Source: Basidioascus undulatus
Taxonomy: Eukaryota
NCBI GenBank assembly: GCA_000826855.1
Contig: JTLS01000040.1
Coordinates: forward strand, 1-38,923
DNA length: 38,923 bases
Direction: 5' to 3'
The stretch's first letter is position 1; each line of letters begins with the position of its first letter. A model generated the notes under the pieces. It did no database searches. It was not told where the DNA came from and worked only from the letters and a program-made list of their open reading frames with translations. Positions 12,762 to 26,969 of this stretch are shown here, one piece after another. A program made the position numbers and the translations under genes.

Positions 12762-13568
12762 ATTGGATTGGCTGGTTCAGTACGTTGGTGGGGTCTCCAA
12801 GCAACAGGTTTGCAGACGCGCCGCTGGCGGCGACGCTTCTTGTACTGTGTTGTCTCGGCGACTGCTGGGCGGTCGTCTGTTGTTCAAATGACATGGGTTT
12901 GCATCATTCACTTTTGTTTAGTTTGGAAGATATCAGAGTGCCACACCTACCTCGGTGTGAGAAGGTCCTCTGAATGCCATTGTGATCCCCACTTCCTTTA
13001 CAGTGGACAGTCCACTGATCCTAGACCATGAAGCCTTCCACTGTGGTCACCCTTGGCAGCTCTTGTCAATGATTGGTAAACAATATAGGGCTTGCTAAAG
13101 GGGGTTTTCTTTCAGATTTCCATGCAATGTGGAAGGGTGGGCCGCAGGGAAGCACGATGGCGCTGTCCAGACTGTCTGGAGAACAACCCCCAGCGGCGCT
13201 CCGGGACACAACTTCAGTAAACTCTCAAACCTGCCCATAGATTAACCATTTCTATGCTTCTAGACCACTCAAAGAGTTTATGACCTCTCCAGCGCCATGG
13301 GGTTGTGTTATCATTATTCGAAGAAGCTCAAACCTGCACGGCAGTGCAAGCACCCCGTTACAGTCTCTCGACCTTGACCAAAGGGAACTGGCACCTGCAA
13401 CTGATAAGACTGCTTAGTTTTCATATAAAATTGAAGTTATAGTCTGTGAGACGCAATTTTCAGACTTCTACGTCTTCTTTTCGGCAATTTCCCGCATTTT
13501 TAGGGCATGTGACCTGATGTCGGCCTCGGCGAGTGCATGCGTGTGCACGTCTTCCCCCGCCCATCCGC

Positions 13569-16500
13569 ATGCTCGTCTCCCCTTTTACTCGCTCCCTCTT
13601 GCGCCAGAGCAGTTCTTCTGCCATCAGATTCAATTCTACAGCTTTTCCCCGTTCCCTCACCACCCTCAGCTGCCCCCGAGTTCAGCAGCAGCCGCTTCGC
13701 GTCAGCTCCTCATGATCTGTCGTATTCCTCGCAGCGACCGTGTCGCTGATGGCTGTCCTTCCGCTCAGACTCGAACCGCACACCTCTCAGCATCTCCCCG
13801 TAGCCGCTTCACCGCTACACTCCAGCTCAAGCGACCCTTCTGCTCGCCCGCTTTCGTGTACAACCCCGCAGAACACCCGCAGAACATGTCCGACGCGCAG
13901 TACCGTCTTCCTACCAACGTCAGGTCAGCCAAAACCTACTGTCATCATATCTTTCTCATACAGCAGATAATCGAAAATGCATATCGAAGGTCTGACCGGA
14001 GATTTCGATTCCAGGCCGACTCACTACGACCTGACGATTCAGACCGATCTCGAGAACTCCAAGTTCTCGGGGAGCGTCTCGGTTTCGCTCGACGTCGTTG
14101 AGGCGACGCAGACCATCTCGTTCAACGCGCACAAGATGCTCAAGGTCGGCTCCGTGCATGTCCTGAGCGACGCGCTCAAGACGCAGCAGAGCCAGGCTGC
14201 CGAGGTCACCCTTGACGAGAAGCTCGAGCGTGCGGAGGCCAAGGTGCCGGTGGATCTCGCCGCGGGAACCAAGGCGGTCCTGAAGGCCGAGTTCGATGGC
14301 GAGCTTGACGATTCGATGGCAAGTCGTCTGGACAGTCTGTGCTTGAGCCACACACTGAATGGGAGGTGGGTACAGATGGGCTACTACCGCTCGTCCTGGA
14401 AGGGCCCGGACGGCCAGGACCGTTACTACGCTCTGACGCAGCACGAACCTACCGCTGCTCGCAAGGTACCTGCATGTCCTCCACAACGCTCTTGAGCTCA
14501 AGCTGAAAAATCCTTTGCTTGTAGTCTTTCCCCTGCTGGGACGAGCCTGCGCTCAAGGCGACTTACAGCATCACGCTCATCCACCGCAAGGGCACGGTCG
14601 CCCTGACCAACATGCCTGCCATCGGCTCGAAGCCCTTCGAGGGTGCTGTCGGAAAGACTGAGGGCAAGACCGAGGGAAAGACCGAGGGCAAGACCGAGGG
14701 CAAGACCGAATCGGCTGGCAAGGTTGGCGAGTGGGTCGCGACCACGGTACGCATTCCCGCTTTGTTTCTATCGATTCAACCATCTAACGATATCACCCCC
14801 CATTCTGCAGTTCGAGAAGACGCCACTGGTCAGCTCTTACCTCGGTCCGTCAGGAAGTGTCTTCCTCAACGATTTACACACCGCTGACTTTTTTGCGTTA
14901 CAGTTGCGTGGGCGAACGGCGAGTTCAAGGTCCGATCACCAACTCCAACTCATCCAGCCCACAGCAGCTGATTTACACTCATCCCACAGCACCTCGAGTC
15001 CTCGTACACCTCGCCCCTCTCGGGCGTCACCCGTCCTCTGCGCATCTACGCGACGCGTGCGTTTTTCAGCATGCGTCCGCCCGCTCACGCTGAGCCCTAT
15101 CGCATGTGTTTGCAGCCGACCTCATCAACCAGGCCCAGCTCGGCCTCGACGCAAAGGCCCACGTGCTTCCCATTTACGAGAAGATCTTCGACGTCGAGTA
15201 CCCGCTCCCTAAGCTCGACACGCTCGTTGGTGAGCATTCTAGAATGGGGCGAGTCAGGGTTTTTTTTTGCGCCAGATGCTGATTCAAGGACAGGACAGCG
15301 AGCGACTTCGATGCTGGTGCTGTACGTCTCCCGACGGTTGAATCGAGCGGTATTAGGTCGCTGACGGGGTTGAAATGTGAATCAGATGGAGAACTGGGTA
15401 AGCAATCGCGTCTGACAGCGAAGTCGAGCAGAGAAATAGTGGCTGAATCTTGATCTCTTCTTTGTAGGGTCTTATCGTCCGTTTTGACCTTGACATTCAC
15501 TTCGTACCTTCTTCAAGCTAATCACTCTCTTGCAACTTGACGTCAGACCGGACGCACGTAAGCCGTGAAGGCAGAGCTGACCCTTTGCTGTCGCGTCAGG
15601 CTGACTCGAATCCTTCCATCCTGCACAGCTCGGTCTACCTCTACGACCCCAAGAGCTCCGATCTCGCTGCTGAGAAGCGCGTCGTCGGCGTGCAGTCGCA
15701 CGAGGTCTCGCACCAGTGGTTCGGTAAGTCTTCCCGTTCCTGTGGTTGTCTGTTATCGCAGCTAAGTTGAAACACTGTCAGGCAACATCACTACCATGGT
15801 GGGTCTCTCTGGCATGTGAGCGGGTGTAATGTTAAGCTGACGCAGCCATGATAGGATTGGTGGGACGGTCTGGTACGTTCGAATATGCGGCATTCGTAGC
15901 GATAATCAGACCTTGCTGACCGACATTCTGTGCTTCCGTGCTGTAGTGGTACGTCAACTATCTTTGACTACTGGACCTTCCATACCGGCAAGCTCAAATC
16001 CGCTCCGCATCACCAGGCTGAACGAGGCATTCGCGTAAGTCACGAAATGCTTCTTGCCTACCGGGAACTTGCTCACTGAACAATCTGCTTTGCAGCACTC
16101 TCGTCGGCGAGATCATCGTCGTCGACAAGATCCGCCCTGAGTGGAAGGTGTAAGTTGACTTTCTCCTGACCTGGCATCTTGTGCCGTCACGTTGACGATC
16201 CGCACTCCAGCTACTCCGAGTTCATCAACCAGCACCTCCAGCGCGCTCTCGACCTCGATGCGCTTCGCTCGAGCCACCCGATCCAGGTGCCCGTGCCCGA
16301 TGCCGAGATGATTAACGTACGTTGTCAAATCATGCGACTGCACATTTGATGCGGACGCTAATGTCTTGCGCCGCAAATAGCAAATCTTTGACGCCATCTG
16401 TGCGTTCGCACATACAATCCGAGAAGGCCTGCCTGCTGCTGAACATCATGGCTGCACAGCATACAGCAAGGGTGGCTCCGTCCTCCGCATGCTTTCCAAC

Positions 16501-19209
16501 ATGGTCGGCGAGGAGGGTACGCTGCTGTTTCCATGTTCGCATGGACGCATAGCTAATTAATCTTCCATTTCCTCAGTCTTCCTCAAAGGTGTCTCGCTCT
16601 ACCTCAAGAAGCACCTCTACGGCAACGCGGAGACCCAGGACCTCTTTGCTGGCATCGCTGAGGCCAGCGGCCTCGACGTGAACAAGGTCATGAACGCCTG
16701 GGTCTTCAAGGTTGGCTTCCCCGTGTACGTTACAGAGAGTTTAGCGGCAACCCGGCACGCGCTGAGACTGCTATTGGAATAGCATCTCCGTCGAGGAGAC
16801 CGCAGACGGCATCAAAGTTGTACGTCCATGTCGTTCAGTATTCCTCACTGCGGACACATGCTGAAGGCGAGTGTCACCTTACAGCGCCAGGACCGCTTCC
16901 TCAGCACCGGCAAGCCCACCGAGGAGGAGAACCAGACGGTCTGGTGAGTCCGCGAGACCTCATCGGCTACTCCCGCGACAATCGGATGCTGAGCCAGAGC
17001 AATCCGGCAGGCACGTCCCCCTCTTTGTCCGCGAGGGCAAGACGATCAACAAGGACGCCACGCTCGACACGCGCGAGGGCGAGATCAAGCTCAAGGACGT
17101 GAAGTCTTCGTCCTGGAAGCTCAACGCGGAGACTGCCGGTGTTTACCGCGTCTCGTACACGTGCGTGTGTTTGCTCGACTGCGAGTCAGGACGGGAATGC
17201 TGAAGTTTTGAGCATATAACAAAAGGCCTGAGCGCTGGGGCAAGCTTGGCCAGGAGGCCAGCAAGAAGGACAGCGCGTTCACGCTGAACGACCGGTAAGT
17301 GTGTAGTGATATTATTTCTTTTACGGCAACTCGCTCATTACACCATTATGTAGGATTGGCTTGGTCGACGACGCTTTCGTGCTGGCGAAGGTCTCTGAAG
17401 GGCTCTTTACCATGGCAGATGCGCACGGAACTGACATTGATCTTTCCAGGCCGGCGTTTCGCCCACGTCGGGAGCCCTCAACTTCATCAGCCAGCTAAAG
17501 AACGAGGATGCTTGTACGCATCCCTGGCTGGTATTCCGCTCGCTTCCGCTGACTCGTTGTCCCGCAGACCTTGTCTGGGCCGCTATCGCGACGAGCCTCA
17601 ACACCCTCTCCAGCGTCTGGTTCGAGGAGTCTGAGGAGGTTCGCAACAAGATCAACGCCGTCCGTCGCAAGCTCTGTACGTGCCCATTCACATGGCAGCG
17701 TGGGTCTATCGAAATGAGCTCAACGGAGGGCATGGCAGTCTCGCCGCTCGTTGAGAAGCTCGGGTGAGTCATTCCTCAATGTCGCGATGTGAAGGCAAAG
17801 TGCTCAACTATTTTGACAGCTTCGACAACGCCCCCAATGACGCGCCGGAGACGAAGGAGCTGCGCACGCTCGCGATCTGTGAGTAGTAGCGTGAATGCGG
17901 CGAGGAAGAGGGGTACTAAAACGAAGGTGCACAGCTACCGCTGCTGCGGCGGACGACGAGAAGTGCGTATTGGTTTGGCTCTGGTTCCATCAAGGTATTG
18001 ACAAGGCTTGGCTGCCAGGGTCCTGGCTGAGATCAAGCGTCGCTTCACGCCGTTCCTCGAGAAGAACGACGACTCCCTGATACCTTCGTGAGAAACCCCC
18101 AGCTACTTCTTTCGGATCACGGTGTACTGATACTCTTCATTCTTTTAAAAAGCGATCTCCTTCGCGTGATCTACGCTCAGTCTGTCAAGCACGGTGGCGA
18201 GGCGGAGTGGAACAAGATCCTCGAGATTGTCAAGAACCCGAACCCGCCTACGCCCTCGTACGTAATACGGTCATTGGCTAAATCGACGTAATGTTGACAA
18301 ACCCACTCCGCCTTTTTCGACAGCCACAAGATTGGTGCGCAATCTCTGGTCTCCGCCTGTACGACTGAAAGCTGACCCTCGCTGGTGCTTTTAGCGGCCA
18401 TGCTCGCTATCGGAGCGACTCGCGACGAGAAGCTGCTCGACCAGACCTTCGACCTGATCCAAACCGCGTTCAAGAACCAGGTGCGACGGTTTCAGGACTC
18501 CCAGAGCGATTCTGGGACTCTCGGAGGCGTGACGGCTGATGAACGGGACGGTATTATTTAGGATTTGATGTATTCGTTCGTGTCGCTCAGGGGAAATCCC
18601 GCAAGTAGGCGCAAGCTTTGGGAGTACCTCAAGCAGAATTTGCCCGCTCTGGAGTACGTCAACCTTGGTATCTGCTCTCTTCACACGCGTCCAGCATCTG
18701 CTGACCGGTCTTCTGCTGCCTGCCACTTACAGGAAGCGCTTCGAGGGCGTACGTAGCAACTTAATGAACAGTTTTTAGTTCACCACTGATATGCATTTCA
18801 TTGCAGAACTTCTCGCTCGGCCGCCTTGTCTCGTACTCCTTCGACAGCCTCGCTCAGCCCGGCGACGCCGAGCAGGTGGAGGCCTTCTTCGGGGACAAGT
18901 GCGTGCCTTGTCTTTCTTCGGATTGGGTTTTATTCATTTTTACTGACGTCTTCCTGTTCATTGTACAGGGACACGAGCAAGTACTCGACCAACCTCGCGC
19001 AAGGCCTGGACGCTGTCGTGCGTACCGTTCCCCTTGCGCTTACAACATGGCAGTCGGGCTCACGACTCCGTTTTCCAGCGCTCCAACACCGCCTGGCTGC
19101 AGCGGGACAAGAAGGTATGTGTCAATCGAGAAAGCTGAGGGGACAGACAATGCTGACAGGTATGTTTCTGCAGGACGTGGCGGATTGGCTGAAGGCGAAC
19201 GCGGCCTGA
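13569..19209 (+). CDS. M1 family zinc aminopeptidase (Ape2/puromycin-sensitive aminopeptidase-like), about 40 introns; second in-frame start at 13886
   Basis: Spliced motifs: [66 protein letters not shown] (HEXXH-X18-E), [13 protein letters not shown] and IFDAISYSKG. C-terminus [11 protein letters not shown]. Confidence 0.95.
14651..14710 (+). repeat. Coding 12-bp minisatellite encoding (GKTE)x5
   Basis: GGMAAGACYGAR repeated five times, in frame in an aminopeptidase exon. Confidence 0.9.
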
Positions 19210-19596
19210 ACCGATTATCCGTCAAGCTGCTGGTGCGAAAGCTATGTGAAAGACAAGACTTTCTTGGTTCTACGAATGAAGATTACAATGTTGCCTGTGT
19301 TCTCACGCTGTGCGGTCTGTTCTGGCAAGGCAAAAGCTGTGATGTCCAATCGACCGTGAAGCAGGCAAGAGCTCGCTGTCCAACAACGTTGATGCTTGTG
19401 ATTGCAGATTTGCCTGCTGTTCAATCTATTTCCAGCTACTATTATATCGCGCTCGGAAAGATTGCTTTCGCATCCTCTCCCCTTTCTTTCTTGGCAACAT
19501 CGGGGAGGAAAAATGCACGTGACGATTCGACGGCAATATCGACGCGTCCGCAACGCGCTCGAGTTCGCCATCAAGCGACCGCCATCTCTTGACAAT

Positions 19597-21228
19597 ATGG
19601 ATTACGGCTTGAAAGCAGTACGTGGAATATCTGTTCATGCCCCGAGACATGCTCAAAAGCCCTTCGCAGGTGCATGACCAGCTTCTGCTGAGCAGCGAGT
19701 GGCTGTGCCGCGTCGATCCAGACTCCGGCCAGGCTTACTTGTTCAAGTTCGCTGTGCTGCCAGACGAGCTTGGGATCATCTTCCTCTTCTCGGACACGAG
19801 TTCGGTGTGGACCGAGACCCTCACAGGCCACAGGCTCACGCGGCGGGCGCGCGAGCTGGATACGGAGGACGTCGGTTCGATCATGGATTCGGCAGACGAG
19901 GAGGCATGGATCAATGTGAGCTTCCTCCCTCTCATCTCTCCTGAGCGGTATACTCAACTAATCCAACCCCAAAGTCGAAACTGGACCTTCTCAAAATGCA
20001 CTTCTGCCCGACGGTGACCTTCGCTCCAAGACGTGTCGGCCGGGGTTGAAGCTGACGCACCATCTTCTATCGCTTCACCAGGGGATCCTCCAACTCGACA
20101 TGACCATCGGCGAGCGCACTAGATTTGCAGATTTCGTCGTATCTTTCGAAGCGCACGATGGCGAGTTCTCTTGGCGCGTTGAGGGCGAGGAACTCAACCC
20201 TAAGCAGGCGACCGAAGTCCTTTCGAAGCATCTTCTTCGTCCGCTAATTGGCCTGTCCAGCGTGCTCTGCGAGCCGGACGTCCAGCTTAAGGATAACCCC
20301 GAAACTCTAGAAAAGGTAAGTATACGATGTGCGTCTATCTCTTGTGCTCAACAAAGCTCATCCTCTGGCCAGGCGATCGACTCGACCGGAAGGTCGGCGG
20401 CGCGCAAGCCGGGACAGTTTACGAGGGCTTTTTTTGGTCAGCCCGACACGGCAGGTGCCTTGAGAAGGTTCACCGAGGTATCGAACGGGGTCAAAAGACC
20501 AGGTGCGTCGCTATGCTCCTCATCTCTCATAACTCATCCGCGGTGCTGAACGAGTCCGCACCTCAGGACCCGTCACGTCCTCTGCCCCCTCTCCGCCTCT
20601 CAAAAGAAATGCTACAACTGGTGAAAGAGTCAGTCTTTTCCGAGCTTGAACCTTCCACGCGATTGAATGCTAATCCGAAGAACCGAGAGCAGACTTCTTC
20701 CTCCGCCTCTCCCACTCCACGGCGTCCGACGTTCCGCGACTCTGCCGAGCCGTTGGCCGAGCCGGTCCCCTCGCGCGTGTACGCTACCTCGTCGCCTACG
20801 CCAGGCGCAAGGCTCGAGGCTGCGACCAGTCACCGCCGCAGCCCGATCGACTCGTCCGCGACCGAAGACTCGATAGACGAGCCGCTCAGCACGCCCGCTC
20901 CTTCACCGAAGTTCAAGACACCTTCTCCCCCCCCGCAGCCCGAGAAACGAGAGGAGAGGCAGGAGGTTGGAAATGAGGCTAAGAGGGACAAAGGGAAGGA
21001 GACGAAGAAAAGGAAGGAGAAGGAGGTCACGCCCGAGCCGCCGTCATCGTCATCGGCGACGATGCCGAGCCAGAGCCAGATGACGCCCAAGAAGGGCAAG
21101 GAGGCGTTGCAGGCAATGTTGAAGAGGAAGCCAAAGGTGAGCGAAAACTTACTCTGTGACTGGCATGGCCCGGACTCGGCTCTGACCGCTGCCCTGCACA
21201 GGCGCGAGCGCCGCGAAGCGGGTTTTGA
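19597..21228 (+). CDS. XLF/Cernunnos (NHEJ1/Nej1)-like non-homologous end-joining factor
   Basis: N-terminal head ...LLSSEWLCRVDPDSGQAYLFKF...FSDTSSVWTETL...FSWRVEG...VLSKHLLRPLIGL resembles fungal XLF domains (recognised from memory, no search run). A disordered S/P/K-rich tail ends LKRKPKARAPRSGF*. Confidence 0.7.
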
Positions 21229-22163
21229 TGTTTTCTTGCATTTGATACCCGTTGAACCAGTCTTTTCCGCATGTGTTTAACGTTGTTGTGCCACTCGTGC
21301 ATTCATACATAGGACACACACACACGACAGCACAGCAATCCGACTGTAAAGTGTTTTGCAGAACTAATTGACTTGCGCCATCCAACGCAGTCCTATATAC
21401 GCCCATGGACGTTCGGATCACGACAGCTGCAGTGGACGGGACAGCCACTTCCACATCTCAGTCACCCTCCCATGATGATCTTAAGAGAACGCAGGCCCTT
21501 GACACGTCACCTTATCAGCATCGAAACCAGCCTACCTACTGGTCAGCATCGTCCCCACCACCACATCCGGCAAACACGTCGGCAATCAAACATCAATCAG
21601 CATCGGCACATCGTTCTTCATATTCCTTCATCGCGTGCGCGTTTCGTCTCTCAGCGTCGGGGGGGAGAGTCGAGCGGCCATGCCCCACGCCCAGGCCCTC
21701 GGTATGTACAGCGACCTAAGACAAACAAGAGATGTTGAATCAAGAAGGGTAGTGACCAACAGCACGACGGCGACACCAAAAGAAAGAAAAGAAGAATGAA
21801 GAAGAGAGAAGGAAGAAAGGCAGGAAGACCGTGTGTGTCTACAGGCGGCGACGGCGAGATTGGGCATAAGGGTCCGTCGGTTGTCTTGTTGGACTGGGTG
21901 GGTGTATGAATGACAACGAGTTGGAGTTGGCCCAACGAACAAACAAGAGAGAGTGAAGAAGGGTAGAATAGTGAAGAAGGGACGAGGCGTCGATGTGATG
22001 CGCCGGGCGTTGCAAAGGGTCGGGAGATACTTTAAGAGAGAAGGGGAAAAGGAAGTCGTGACGGGTCGTTCGGCCTGCACGAGGGAGAAGCAGCCGTCAG
22101 GATCTTCCCTCGTCGTCCACAGAAAGAAGGGGCCACGAACCGCATGGGGGAGGGGCAAGTCAA

Positions 22164-24386
<2,223 letters not shown>

Positions 24387-26969
24387 CCCTTGAGTGTGTG
24401 GAGTGCGGTTCTAGGGAGCGGGAGAAGGGAAGGGCGAGCGGAACGCGGGCGGTCGGGCGGGCGGGAGATGGGCGAGCTGCTTGGGGCCGGGCCAAACGGG
24501 GCGGGGAGGGGGACGCGTGTGTGAGCGACTTGTGGCAGCGGGGTGGATATACGGCCATCAGAGCCGTACCAGACGCTGTGTATTTTTTTGAGGGTGCGTC
24601 TGGGGCAAAGGGCGGGGTGGGCGCGGGCAGCGTGAGGCGGGGAGGGCAAAGTGCTGCTGCTTAAGCTGCTGTTTCTCGGTGAAGGTCAACGTCGGAGGCT
24701 GCGTTCGCTCCACTGTCCACACTCAACCGCGCCCCTGGCTCGCCCGCCCAAGGCTGTCGGCGACTATGAAACCGTCTTATCGCCGAAGGTCTTCCCCGCA
24801 CTCTGCCGCGGCCCCCGCGTCGATCTCGCTCAAATTGCAATGAAAAATCCGGCATTCGGGATGGATCTGGACCCCTCATCGTCATCGACGACCGCCCTGA
24901 CCGCCCCCCTGCGACATGCACGACGATCTCCACCTCAAACTGATCGTCGCCGACGACGTTCTCGCCCGGCAAGGGGCGCTTCGACTTCGAGATGAGGCTC
25001 AAGTGCCTCTGATATGGCCGGCTTAGTGACCAAATCCAAAAGTGCAGATCGTGCATAACGGACGCATTAACGAGTGTTGGACGTTCGACGGGGCAGGCCA
25101 AGGCCCACAAAAGCCGCAGGCGCGCCGCTCCTGTATACCGACTCCAACTTCGTGAGAACGAGGAGGAGCTCGGAGTAGTCCTTCCCATACGATTGTCCTA
25201 TGGGATTCTTTTTATTTGAAGCAGTCGACATTACTTCTCTCTGCTTGTGTCCTTGCGAAAGCAGAGCAGATCTCCCATAGGGTCCGGGAGTCTGAGTCAG
25301 TCTGCACTGCCATGTGCAGTCTGCCGACCGCAGCGCTATGCGACTCTCAGGCAATACCTCACCGGTGTGCTTATGCGCCGATCGACGCTGCTTAGTTCCC
25401 TCAAGAGCCAAGAATGGCTGCAGGTCAGGTACAACGTGTTGCGTCAGCCTGCCAACCTGGGTACACTGCGGTCCTCAGGAGACCAAATCCGCGCATGGTC
25501 GCATGCGCATATAGCGATTATTTTCTCCCGGGACTTGTTCTTTCGCGGAGATACTGTCATTCCTAGAATTCATCAGCATTCCAGAACACGCAAGTGCACG
25601 GCAGGCTTAGCCAGTGCAACGAGCCGTGTACCAGTTCTGCACCTTGCAAGTTTGTTCTGTGCGGTATTTCTGCATAATTTCAGCCTTGAATTACCTGACG
25701 GACAAGGGTATTGCAGGCAACCATGGACAAAGTTGACCTGAAGGACGCAGGTACGTCTCAAGCCGCACGGCCGTACAGTGACCGACTGAACGAAAGCAGG
25801 AGGCTCGCTTGTTTCCATCTATATCACGAGCAAGTTCAAACAAGGAACGAAAAACAGTAAAATTTGTAAGGGGAGCATTTTCATTAGCGTACATAGACGG
25901 TAGCGCTGACCTGTCACCATTTCCGCCTCACTCGCCTTAAAAACCAAACGTCCTCGGAGAACTTATATAGGGCTTCAAATAGTCTACAGCAGCGTCACAA
26001 TCCCACCTCTGACTGTGGAAGACGCGCTAGCGACTTGTCCTTTTCCACCACATCTGTTCGCTCAACCTTCCGCATCGCAATTGCTCGCTGCACATGAATC
26101 GGCATCAAGTTTGAGCCAGGCCTCTCATTATAACTTCGGGGGGCTGTACAGCCCGATCTAGCTCATGGGCGACATTCGAGCGCAACATACACATCAAATT
26201 AAAGCCCGCTCCTTCTGACACTCACTCATACTCTCCCGTCATTCCGGGCCACTCATTGCTTCGCTTACTTCAGACTCCCGCTTTGGTTCCTTTTTTCATT
26301 TCTCCTCGCATCAGTATGAGCAACGCTTCCAAAACCTTGAACGAATCAGCACTTTCCCCGGTTACGCTGAATCACTTCAACCACCCTCGCTTCCCAGCTG
26401 TTGGACTTGTGCGATTTGGTCGTATGTTCCTGCGTTCGGTCTTACACTCTGACCACCTGGCGCCTAGCTAACACATTCTCTCCAGCACATTTGTACACTC
26501 TGCCGAGCTTTCGCCCAGCCGCGTGCGGACGGCGAGTAGGAAGCAGGACACATCATCCCTACTCTGTCGACATGAAGTCTGTGCATGTACTGCTGCGAGT
26601 GGCATCGTGAAAGGCAAGAAATGTGCATAGCTGAAAGATGATCGATGATGGTGGCACGATGTGGACTGATATCCTGCGCCCGTGCCATGGACAGCCGGAC
26701 GTCCCATGCCACCGTCGAGCACCTGGCGGCCTCCGGACGGCAAAGCGAGGTATGCGCTGCGTTTCCTGTGAATTTCCTCATAAAAAATCTTCCTTTAGTC
26801 GGACCAATGCTCTACAATAACGAAACGCATCTTGTGGGCCTTGACACCCTCTGCCGCCGCTTCCAATAGCGGTTCCCTATGCACTCAGCAACACGATTGA
26901 TCTCCTCCTTTGCTAGAAAGTCTTTTATTCATCAAGCCCGTCCCTTCTCTCTCTCGACGCCTCCCATCC

